Below, one piece after another: positions 39,527 to 47,823 of a stretch of DNA of 64,000 bases (its first letter is position 1; each line of letters opens with the position of its first letter). Made by a program: the position numbers and the translations under genes. Under the pieces are notes generated by a model. The model worked only from the letters and a program-made list of their open reading frames with translations, made no database searches and was not told the origin of the DNA. Source of the stretch: an uncultured Clostridia bacterium (GTDB taxonomy: Bacteria > Bacillota > Clostridia > Lachnospirales > CAG-274); assembly GCA_947630725.1 (NCBI GenBank), contig CANRIS010000005.1, forward strand, positions 36,887 to 100,886, in the 5' to 3' direction.

Positions 39527-40750
39527 ATGTTATTAGTAATGAAGTTCGGCGGTACTTCCGTTGCCAACGCCGAAAGGATAAACAATGTCGCAGGAAGAAT
39601 AAAGAGAAAGTACGACTCGGGAAACAAAGTAGTCGTTGTGCTTTCGGCTCAGGGAGACACCACAGACGACCTTATTGACAAGGCTCACGAAATAAACAAA
39701 AATCCCTCAAAGAGGGAGATGGATATGCTCCTCGCCACGGGTGAGCAGCAGTCGGTGGCTCTTATGTGTATGGCTCTGGAGGCAAAAAAGGTTCCCTGCG
39801 TGTCGCTCAATGCAGACCAGTGCCGCATTTATGCCACAAGCGATTATTCAAACGCAAGAATAAAGGATATAAACACCCAGAGGCTCAAAAATGAGCTTGA
39901 CGCAGGCAAGGTCGTTATCGTTACGGGATTTCAGGGCATAAACAGAAAAGGCGATGTTGTGACATTGGGCAGAGGCGGTTCAGATACCTCCGCAGTCGCT
40001 CTTGCAGCAAAGCTCAAAGCAGATCTCTGCGAAATATATACCGATGTTGACGGAGTATATACGGGAGATCCGAGGATCATAAAATACGCAAGAAAGTTAG
40101 ACGAAATATCCTATGACGAGATGCTTGAGTTTGCGTCTCTTGGAGCGCAGGTGCTTCACAACAGATCGGTGGAGCTTGCAAAAAAATACAATGTAAATCT
40201 TGTCGTAAGGTCAAGTCTTTCAAACGCAGAGGGAACTATCGTTAAGGAGGGTGCAAAAGTGGAAAGTATGCTGATAAGCGGCGTAGCCGTAGATAAAAAT
40301 GTTTCGAGAATTTCTATAATAGGTGTGGACGACAAGCCCGGTACGGCATATAAGCTGTTTTCGGAGCTTGCGAAAAAGAATGTGAGCGTTGACATCATAC
40401 TTCAGTCGATCGGTCGTGACGGCAAGAAGGATATATCCTTCACCATAGCCCGTTCTGATGTAAATGACGCTATGAGCGCCATTGAAAGCGTAAAAAGCAG
40501 AATAAACTATGAGAGCGTGGATCATAAGGAAAATGTCGCAAAGGTATCTATCGTAGGCGCAGGTATGGCGACAAACGCAGGCGTAGCCGCTCTTTTCTTT
40601 GAGGCAACATACAGCGCAGGCGTAAACGTAAATATGATTTCTACCTCCGAAATAAAAATATCAATTCTTGTGGACGAAAAGGATGCGGACTATGCCGCAA
40701 ACGCTATCCACGACAAGTTTATGCTTCAGGCATCGGCCATAAGACACTGA
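39527..40750 (+). CDS. lysC: aspartate kinase
   Basis: VMKFGGTSVAN, GRGGSDTSAVALAA and tandem C-terminal ACT domains. 407 aa. Confidence 0.9.
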   Translation: MLLVMKFGGTSVANAERINNVAGRIKRKYDSGNKVVVVLSAQGDTTDDLIDKAHEINKNPSKREMDMLLATGEQQSVALMCMALEAKKVPCVSLNADQCRIYATSDYSNARIKDINTQRLKNELDAGKVVIVTGFQGINRKGDVVTLGRGGSDTSAVALAAKLKADLCEIYTDVDGVYTGDPRIIKYARKLDEISYDEMLEFASLGAQVLHNRSVELAKKYNVNLVVRSSLSNAEGTIVKEGAKVESMLISGVAVDKNVSRISIIGVDDKPGTAYKLFSELAKKNVSVDIILQSIGRDGKKDISFTIARSDVNDAMSAIESVKSRINYESVDHKENVAKVSIVGAGMATNAGVAALFFEATYSAGVNVNMISTSEIKISILVDEKDADYAANAIHDKFMLQASAIRH

Positions 40751-40804
40751 CATCAATATCGTGCGGTATCCTACAGTATCGCACAGGCGGTTATAATTTT
40801 TCAT

Positions 40805-40844
40805 AAAAAATCAGGCTCCGACAGAAATGCCGAAGCCTTTTTTA
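40805..40844. terminator. bidirectional intrinsic terminator (lysC / pfk convergent)
   Basis: AAAAAATCAGGCTCCG ... CGAAGCCTTTTTT (one mismatch in the stem). Confidence 0.55.
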
Positions 40845-40892
40845 TTGTTGTGATTATTGTTGTTGTAAAGTATCTATGAGGGACTTATGCTT

Positions 40893-42110
40893 TCAGCAGT
40901 CCTTTACGGTGATATGTCTGGGAAGTCCGTTTACCATTATGGGCTGAAGCTCTCCTGCAATGAGGGGACGAAGGTATTTTACTGCCTCGTCTGATATGCC
41001 TGTTCCGTCATTTATGATCCATTCCATGGGAACATTCTTGACTTCGTTCGCAATAGCGTTTACATCGTATGTTTCTGTTGTCATAATATAAGGCTCTGTG
41101 GAAAGTCTCTTGAATATAACGACCTTGCCTGTCTGACCCTCATCGGCAGCCTCTACAGCCATAGCGCCTGCTGCGTATGCCTCGTTGATGTCCGTAAGAG
41201 ATGCAATGTGGTTTGCGCATCTCTGCATTGTCGAAAACTCAATTGCTCTTGTCTTGCAGCCAAGCTCTGCCGCAAGAAGATTTGAAAGATAGGACGCTGT
41301 GCCGCTGAGAGCAACGTGTCCGAATGAGTCTACCATTCTGTCTGCTGCCGACATCTCGCAGATATATTTTCCGTCAGCGGTGTGGATACCCTCGGAAACA
41401 GCTATCACGAGAGAGCCCTTCTTTGCGTGCAGCTCTTTTACCTTTGCGACAAATTTGTCAATATCAAAGGGAACCTCGGGGAGATAAATAAGGTCTACGC
41501 CTTCGCAGTCCTCTCCCTTTGCCAGTGATGCAGCCAGAGTGAGCCAGCCTGCGTCTCTGCCCATGATCTCAACTACCGAAACGGTTGCGTGGCTGTATAC
41601 AAGACCGTCGCGTATAACCTCCTTAAGGGTGGAGCCGATGTACTTTGCTGCTGAGCCATAGCCCGGTGTATGATCGGTAACGGCAAGATCGTTGTCTATT
41701 GTCTTGGGTACTCCCATAAAGCGTATGGGCGAACCGATCTTGTTTCCGTATGCCGAAAGCTGCTTGATTGTATCCATTGAGTCGTTTCCGCCGATGTAGA
41801 AGAATGCTCCTATTTCAAGCTCGTTGAGGATCTTGAAAACCTCATCATAATCCTCGGGTTTGATCTTTCTGCGGCACGAACCGAGAAATGACGATGGAGT
41901 CCTCTTGAGAAGCTCTACGTCAAGATCGTTTTTGATCCTGTCGGTCATATCAATATATTGACGATGAAGAAGTCCGTCAATACCGTTGAGCATACCGTAA
42001 ACCTTGCCTTGGTTTTTGTCGAGAGCTGTCTTGAAAACACCCGCAAGACTTGAATTGATGACAGATGTGGGGCCGCCCGACTGACCTACAATAATATTTC
42101 CTAATGACAT
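40893..42110 (-). CDS. 6-phosphofructokinase, probably pyrophosphate-dependent (group with GGxDS / PKTIDND signature)
   Basis: Start MSLGNIIVGQSGGPTSVINSS at ATG 42110, after GGAGGTG. Motifs YIGGNDSMDT and GVPKTIDNDL. The 79-codon upstream extension in the ORF track has no PFK similarity. Confidence 0.85.
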   Translation of the reverse strand: MSLGNIIVGQSGGPTSVINSSLAGVFKTALDKNQGKVYGMLNGIDGLLHRQYIDMTDRIKNDLDVELLKRTPSSFLGSCRRKIKPEDYDEVFKILNELEIGAFFYIGGNDSMDTIKQLSAYGNKIGSPIRFMGVPKTIDNDLAVTDHTPGYGSAAKYIGSTLKEVIRDGLVYSHATVSVVEIMGRDAGWLTLAASLAKGEDCEGVDLIYLPEVPFDIDKFVAKVKELHAKKGSLVIAVSEGIHTADGKYICEMSAADRMVDSFGHVALSGTASYLSNLLAAELGCKTRAIEFSTMQRCANHIASLTDINEAYAAGAMAVEAADEGQTGKVVIFKRLSTEPYIMTTETYDVNAIANEVKNVPMEWIINDGTGISDEAVKYLRPLIAGELQPIMVNGLPRHITVKDC

Positions 42111-42192
42111 AGTATTTTGCACCTCCGATTTTTCATTTGAGAAAACACCCTTTAACAAACCGATGTTTTCCTTTGTTTTCACTATCGAAAAC

Positions 42193-42221
42193 ATTATACC
42201 AAATATTTGAAATATTTGCAA
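42193..42221 (-). promoter_or_regulatory. candidate sigma-A promoter (extended -10) for the phosphofructokinase gene
   Basis: On the minus strand: TTGCAA (42221-42216), a 17-nt spacer ending in TGg, then TATAAT (42198-42193). Confidence 0.55.
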
Positions 42222-42420
42222 CATATTATACAAAAAAATTTTAACTTCTAAGGTGAAATTTATAAAAAATTTCACGGAGGGCTTGTTTTTGATGTGTTTT
42301 GTCGGACATATGCAAGCTTTATGTAATAAAAGTCCTGTTTTATTCATAACATTAGTTTAAGGAAGTATCAGTCAGATCGCTTAAAGCAGATGCTGTATTA
42401 ATCTTTATAGGAGGCCGGTT

Positions 42421-43899
42421 ATGGAAAATTATGAAATATACAAGGATATCGAAAGACGCTGCGGAGGCAATATCTATATAGGGGTGGTGGGGCCTGTAAG
42501 AACGGGAAAATCTACGTTTATAAAATCCTTTATGGACAGACTCATACTCCCCAACATACAGGATCCCAACGAAAAGCAGCGCACACGAGACGAGCTGCCC
42601 CAGAGCGGAGACGGCAAGACCATTATGACAACCGAACCTAAGTTTATACCCGGTGAGGCGGTAAAGGTTACGCTCGGTGACGGAACGGAGCTTTCAGTCC
42701 GTATGATAGACTGCGTGGGTTATATGGTGGAGGGAGCCTCGGGACATATGGAGGGAGACTCTCCCAGAATGGTGAACACCCCGTGGAGCAGCGAAAAAAT
42801 ACCCTTTGAAGAGGCTGCCGAAACAGGCACAAAAAAGGTTATAGAGGAGCATTCTTCAATAGGCATACTCGTCACAACGGACGGAACGGTGACCGACCTG
42901 CCTGCGCAGGCCTATGCGGAGGCCGAAAAGAGAGCCGCCGAGGAGCTTTCTGCGCTGAACAAGCCCTTTGTTATGCTCCTCAACACAAAATATCCGTCCT
43001 CGGCTGATTCAAAGGCTGCTGCGGAGGAAATGTCGGAGAAATATTCAGTGCCTGTGATACCCGTAAACTGCAAGAATCTTAAGGGCAGCGACATAGAGGA
43101 CATACTTAACAGCGTGCTGTATGAGTTTCCTCTTACCGAAATAAGCTTTTCTTTTCCCAGCTGGACGGAGCCTCTGCCCAACGACAACGGCCTTAAGGCA
43201 GGCTTTATAGAGACTATACGGGAGGCCTGCAGCGATATATCCAAGCTTAAGGACGTAAAAAACATAATTCCTCTTATTTCAGAAAATGAAAATCTGAAAA
43301 AATGTTACATAGACAAAATATCCCCTGCGGACGGCAGCGCAAAAATAGACATAGCGCTGAAGGACGATCTTTTCTATAAGGTACTGAGCGAAACAACGGG
43401 TACGGAGATAACCTCCGACAGTATGCTTATTTCTACGATAAAACAGCTTTCGGAGGCAAAGGCCGAATATGACAAAATCAAAAACGCTCTGAACGAGGCC
43501 AACGCAAAGGGCTATGGCACAGTTTCGCCACAGCTTTCGGAGACTGTGCTTGACGAGCCGTCACTTATAAAGCAGGGCAGCCGCTACGGCATAAAAATGA
43601 AGGCTAAGGCGTCAAGTCTTCATATAATAAAGGCGCCTATCGAAACCGAGGTTTCTCCCATAGTCGGCACCGAACAGCAAAGCAGGGAGCTTTTGGAATA
43701 TCTGAGGGATCAGTACGAAAACGACAGAGAAAAAATCTGGTCTTATAATATTTTCGGAAAAACCCTTGCCGATCTTGTGAACGAGGGGCTTAGCGGAAAG
43801 CTTATGAATATGCCCGAAAATGCTCAGCAAAAGCTTTGTCTCACCGTGGAAAAGATTGTCAATCACGGCTCGGGCGGGCTTATATGTATACTTCTTTGA
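42421..43899 (+). CDS. spoIVA: stage IV sporulation protein A (spore-coat basement-layer ATPase)
   Basis: 492 aa. N-terminal IYIGVVGPVRTGKSTFIK Walker A. Length and C-terminal pattern are typical of SpoIVA. Confidence 0.9.
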   Translation: MENYEIYKDIERRCGGNIYIGVVGPVRTGKSTFIKSFMDRLILPNIQDPNEKQRTRDELPQSGDGKTIMTTEPKFIPGEAVKVTLGDGTELSVRMIDCVGYMVEGASGHMEGDSPRMVNTPWSSEKIPFEEAAETGTKKVIEEHSSIGILVTTDGTVTDLPAQAYAEAEKRAAEELSALNKPFVMLLNTKYPSSADSKAAAEEMSEKYSVPVIPVNCKNLKGSDIEDILNSVLYEFPLTEISFSFPSWTEPLPNDNGLKAGFIETIREACSDISKLKDVKNIIPLISENENLKKCYIDKISPADGSAKIDIALKDDLFYKVLSETTGTEITSDSMLISTIKQLSEAKAEYDKIKNALNEANAKGYGTVSPQLSETVLDEPSLIKQGSRYGIKMKAKASSLHIIKAPIETEVSPIVGTEQQSRELLEYLRDQYENDREKIWSYNIFGKTLADLVNEGLSGKLMNMPENAQQKLCLTVEKIVNHGSGGLICILL

Positions 43900-44101
43900 G
43901 AATGGGAACAAATATCTGCGGCAAAAATAAAAAAAACATTGACTTTATCGCAATAATGTGGTAATGTGGTAGAGTAATGAATTTTTATAAGAAAGCACTG
44001 ATCGGATTTTTGGGGTGATATGAGGGTATGACGCCCACATATGCGGATCATGGTTTTATCGGTGCTTCCCCAACTATTTTGTTTTCAGGAGGAAACTACA
44101 T

Positions 44102-44935
44102 ATGAAAAGATTTTTAAGCGCTGCGCTTATACTTACAATGGCATTTTCGTTCTGTGGCTGCGGAAATGGAGAAGTTGAGATAGTCAATGAGTCCGATGGC
44201 GAGACAGAGCAGACAGAGCAGGCCGAAAACGAAGAGTCCGAGGAGATCACAAGCTTTATTGTCGGTCTTGACGATACGTTTGCGCCTATGGGCTTCAGAG
44301 ACGAAAACAACGAGCTTGCGGGCTTTGATATTGAGCTTGCAAAGGCTGCTGCCGAGGCTATGGACTGCACCGTTGAATTTCAGCCTATCGACTGGGACAC
44401 AAAGGAAACCGAGCTTGAATCGGGCAAGATCGACCTTATCTGGAACGGCTTTTCTTATACGGACGAAAGAAACGAGTCTATGACTCTTTCGGCTCCTTAT
44501 CTTGACAACAGAATGATAATCATTGTTCCCACAGACTCCGATATAACGGCAAAAGCTGACCTTGTTGGCAAGACCGTAGGACTTCAGGACGGTTCTTCCG
44601 CTGCTGACGCCGTAGAGTCTGACGAGATCTCGGCTGAGATCGGAGAGATCGTTCCCTACGATACAAACGATCAGGCTTTCACAGATCTTAAGACAGGCAG
44701 AATTGACGCTGTTGTAGCTGACGAGGTGCTTGCAAAGTATTATATCGAAACATCGGGATCGGATTTTACTATTCTTGACGAGGACTTCGGCTCAGAGGTT
44801 TATGTTATCGCAGCAAAGAAGGGCAACACGGCTCTTATGGATAAGCTTGACGCAGCTCTCACAGAGCTTGGCGAGAACGGTACCGCTGCCGAAATATCCG
44901 AAGAGTGGTTTGGCGAAAACATCTATATCCACTGA
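44102..44935 (+). CDS. polar amino-acid ABC transporter substrate-binding lipoprotein (operon 2)
   Basis: Lipobox FSFCGCG. Acidic linker. Family-3 SBP motifs (GLDDTFAPMGF, IDLIWNGFSYTDER). Confidence 0.85.
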   Translation: MKRFLSAALILTMAFSFCGCGNGEVEIVNESDGETEQTEQAENEESEEITSFIVGLDDTFAPMGFRDENNELAGFDIELAKAAAEAMDCTVEFQPIDWDTKETELESGKIDLIWNGFSYTDERNESMTLSAPYLDNRMIIIVPTDSDITAKADLVGKTVGLQDGSSAADAVESDEISAEIGEIVPYDTNDQAFTDLKTGRIDAVVADEVLAKYYIETSGSDFTILDEDFGSEVYVIAAKKGNTALMDKLDAALTELGENGTAAEISEEWFGENIYIH

Positions 44936-45005
44936 TTTATTGAGGATACCGATACTACCCGTTAATCCGGATTGCAAAAAAGGACTTGGGAAACTCTCAA
45001 GTACG

Positions 45006-45305
45006 CAGCGTGTCGGGAAAAGCCGACACGCTGTCATCAAAATGCGGTCGCATTTTGATGAGGCCAAATGTGCGTGCCGGGCAAGCCGGCGACTTCATTT
45101 GGATAAAGGAATATAAATTTCAATTTGTTCCAAAAACTGCGTTTTTTCGCAAATTGAAATTTATTCCTCGGACGGGCAAAGCTCGTCCTGCGGATTAAAG
45201 TCTGCGACGCATCTCATCCTGCGGATTAAGGTCTGCGATGCATCTCATCCTGCGGATTAAAGTCTGCGATGCATCTTGTTTTGCGGATTAAAATCTGCGG
45301 CGAAT
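45006..45305 (+). repeat. family-2 modular hairpin-mosaic repeat, copy 3 (inside ABC operon 2)
   Basis: All modules are present in the same order as in copy 1. It ends in about 4 tandem 31-bp units. Confidence 0.85.
45187..45305 (+). repeat. 31-bp tandem repeat (about 3.8 units)
   Basis: CCTGCGGATTAAAGTCTGCGACGCATCTCAT at 45187, 45218 and 45249, with a degenerate unit at 45280. Confidence 0.9.
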
Positions 45306-45470
45306 ATTATATGATCCATATCCAAATTTCAAAAAAAGGACTTGGGAAATTCTCAGGTCCTTTCTTTAACTGAACAGATAGGTTTCATTATTCTCGGGCG
45401 GAGCAGGGATACCGTTGAACGATAATAACGACAAAAGAAAAACAGAAACAGAAGAACAGGAGGGCGTTTT

Positions 45471-46124
45471 ATGGCGAATCTGAAAGAATGGATACCGCTT
45501 ATGCTGCAGGGCTGCGGCCTTACCGTAAAGCTTTTTTTTATTGTTATACTGCTGTCCTTGCCTTTGGGACTTGCCGCAACCTTTTTGTATACGGGCAAAA
45601 ATGTTGTAATAAGAAAGATAATGGGGTTTTATATACTTATTATGAGAGGAACGCCCCTTCTTTTGCAGGTGTTTTTTATATATTTCGGACTTCCCTTTGT
45701 GCCGAAGATAGGACAATATCTGACTATAAACGACAGATTTATAGCTGCCTGCACAGCATATGTGCTGAATTATGCGGCTTATTTTGCTGAAATTTTCAGA
45801 GGAGGGCTTTTGTCTGTTGACAAGGGACAATATGAGGCGGCAAAGGTACTCGGAATGTCGGAGTCACAGACTACGTTTAAGATAGTTCTGCCTCAGATGA
45901 TAAGAATATCGCTGCCTGCGGTTTCAAACGAGGCGATCATACTTATAAAGGATACTGCCCTCGTTACGGCAATAGGACTTGCGGATCTTCTTAAGGTGAC
46001 AAACAATATAGTAAACAGAACAACCAACATAACTGCCTTTATTGTGGCGGCTTGTTTTTATCTTGTGATGAGTTATCTGCTTACCGTTTTCTTCAGAAAC
46101 TTAGAGAAGAAATTCGCTTTTTGA
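45471..46124 (+). CDS. polar amino-acid ABC transporter permease (operon 2)
   Basis: Multi-TM protein with loop motif GQYEAAKVLGMSESQTTFKIVLPQM. Confidence 0.85.
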   Translation: MANLKEWIPLMLQGCGLTVKLFFIVILLSLPLGLAATFLYTGKNVVIRKIMGFYILIMRGTPLLLQVFFIYFGLPFVPKIGQYLTINDRFIAACTAYVLNYAAYFAEIFRGGLLSVDKGQYEAAKVLGMSESQTTFKIVLPQMIRISLPAVSNEAIILIKDTALVTAIGLADLLKVTNNIVNRTTNITAFIVAACFYLVMSYLLTVFFRNLEKKFAF

Positions 46125-46139
46125 GAGGGGTGAGGCATT

Positions 46140-46883
46140 ATGAGTATGATAGAGGTCAGAAATATAAAAAAGAGCTTTGGAGATCTTGAAGTATTGAAGG
46201 ACATAAGCTTCAGTGTGGAAAAGGGTGACGTTGTGGCTATACTCGGCCCCTCGGGTTCGGGCAAGAGTACAATGCTGCGCAGCCTTATAGAGCTTGAAAC
46301 GGTAGACGCAGGAGAAATAATAATAGAAGGCGACACACTGTGCAGCGACGGCATTTATGTCCCCAAAAAACAGAGGAAAAAAATACTCGACAAAATGGGA
46401 ATGGTTTTTCAGCACTTCAACCTTTTCCCTCATATGAATATAAAGGACAATCTTTTGTGCGCTTGTCTGTGCGCAAAGCAGGCAGGAAAAAAAGAGCTTG
46501 AAAAACTTGCCTCCGAGCTATTGGCAAAAGTGGATTTATCTGATAAAATAAATGCAATGCCTTCGCAGCTTTCGGGAGGACAGAAGCAGAGAGTCGCCAT
46601 AGCCAGAGCGCTTATGAGACAGCCCGATATAATGCTTTTTGACGAGCCTACATCGGCTCTCGACCCGGAGCTTACAAAGGAGGTATTGAATGTTATAAAG
46701 CAGCTTTCGGAGGAAAAAATGACTATGCTCATAGTCACTCACGAGATAGGTTTTGCGGTAGAGGCCGCAAACAAAATAATTTTTCTTGACGAGGGACACA
46801 TCGCCGCTATGGGAAGCCCCGAGGAGGCGCTTTATAACAACGACAACGAAAGAATAAAGGCTTTTCTTGAAAAGGTGGTATAA
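46140..46883 (+). CDS. polar amino-acid ABC transporter ATP-binding protein (operon 2)
   Basis: Walker [10 protein letters not shown], signature [15 protein letters not shown], Walker [13 protein letters not shown]-loop VTHEI. Confidence 0.9.
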   Translation: MSMIEVRNIKKSFGDLEVLKDISFSVEKGDVVAILGPSGSGKSTMLRSLIELETVDAGEIIIEGDTLCSDGIYVPKKQRKKILDKMGMVFQHFNLFPHMNIKDNLLCACLCAKQAGKKELEKLASELLAKVDLSDKINAMPSQLSGGQKQRVAIARALMRQPDIMLFDEPTSALDPELTKEVLNVIKQLSEEKMTMLIVTHEIGFAVEAANKIIFLDEGHIAAMGSPEEALYNNDNERIKAFLEKVV

Positions 46884-46925
46884 AGAGCATAAAGCCTGTA
46901 TGATAGGAAATCGGAGGAATTTGTT

Positions 46926-47771
46926 ATAGACGGCACATTATATCAAAAGACAAAAGCTATAATAACTGAATATGATTTTTATTTCAAGAAAAATTTCGGG
47001 CAAAATTTTCTCATAGACGACAGAGTCCTTGAAAAAATAATTGCCGCAGGAGAAATTTCTTCCGATGATGTTGTTCTTGAAATAGGTCCCGGAATAGGCA
47101 CCCTGACGCAGGCTATTGCAAAAAAAGCAAAGCAGGTGGTGGCTGTCGAAATAGACAGGACGCTTATGCCCGTTTTGGAGAACACACTCGCAGATTATGA
47201 CAATATAAGGCTCATAAACGGGGATATTCTCAAAACGGATATAGGCGAGATAGCGCAGGAATACGGAAGCCCTCTTAAAGTAATGGCGAATCTGCCTTAT
47301 TATATAACTACGCCCGTTATTATGGATATTCTGGAAAAGGAGGCTCCCGTTTCGGACATAGTGGTTATGATACAAAAGGAGGTCGCTATGCGTATGCAGG
47401 CGAAGCCGGGTACAAAGGACTATGGCTCCCTGAGCCTTGTTACGCAGTATTTTGCCGAGCCTTATCTTGCGGCGAACGTACCGAGAAACTGCTTTATGCC
47501 AAGACCCAATGTGGATTCGGCCGTTATAAGGCTGACTCCGCATAAGAAAAAGCCCATAGAGACAGAGGACACGGAGGGCTTTTTCAGATTTATAAAGGCG
47601 GCCTTTTCCAAGAGGAGAAAAACCCTTGTAAACTGTATCTGTTCTTCGGGGGACTTCGGATATACAAAGGAGGAGTTCGGCAGACTTCTCTCAGAAGCGG
47701 GATATGACGAAAGAATAAGGGGAGAGGCTCTTGCGCCGGAGGATTTTGAAAAAATATTCAGCCTTATGTAA
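46926..47771 (+). CDS. rsmA: 16S rRNA (adenine1518/1519-N6)-dimethyltransferase, apparently with a non-canonical (ATA) start
   Basis: The open frame 46893-47771 encodes ...TKAIITEYDFYFKKNFGQNFLIDD...VLEIGPGIGTLT...NLPYYITTP. The first in-frame ATG/GTG/TTG is GTG 47136, downstream of the SAM motif. GGAGG at 46913-46917 sits 8 nt before ATA 46926. The 5' end is therefore uncertain. Confidence 0.75.
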   Translation: MDGTLYQKTKAIITEYDFYFKKNFGQNFLIDDRVLEKIIAAGEISSDDVVLEIGPGIGTLTQAIAKKAKQVVAVEIDRTLMPVLENTLADYDNIRLINGDILKTDIGEIAQEYGSPLKVMANLPYYITTPVIMDILEKEAPVSDIVVMIQKEVAMRMQAKPGTKDYGSLSLVTQYFAEPYLAANVPRNCFMPRPNVDSAVIRLTPHKKKPIETEDTEGFFRFIKAAFSKRRKTLVNCICSSGDFGYTKEEFGRLLSEAGYDERIRGEALAPEDFEKIFSLM

Positions 47772-47823
47772 TGAGAGACATTTCTGCGGCATATATTATA
47801 AAAAAATATGTCGGTGATGATAT

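Noticed and set aside
42111-42347. A 79-codon N-terminal extension of the phosphofructokinase ORF (ORF-track start at 42347).
   Set aside because: The extension is Ile/Phe/Lys-rich AT-rich sequence with no PFK similarity. It contains the predicted promoter. The ATG at 42110 has a GGAGGTG SD and yields the canonical MSLGNIIVGQSGGPT N-terminus.
42300-42420. Sigma-E-type promoter for spoIVA (TTCATAACATTAG region), and a similar candidate upstream of sigK (ATCATAGATTATAG at about 12390-12405).
   Set aside because: They only partially match the mother-cell sigma-E consensus as I recall it (ATA-type -35 and CATACA-T -10), with an uncertain spacer. This is too weak to annotate.
43985-44090. Possible riboswitch or leader in front of the second SBP gene. 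There is a 10-bp stem AAGCACTGAT/ATCGGTGCTT enclosing about 55 nt.
   Set aside because: The interior pairs poorly. No known aptamer consensus (SAM, lysine, glycine or glutamine) is recognisable, and no terminator/antiterminator alternative is evident.
45187-45305. Possible CRISPR array.
   Set aside because: The units are contiguous 31-mers with only about 7 nt of non-core sequence between cores, so there are no unique spacers. No cas genes or leader sequence are present.
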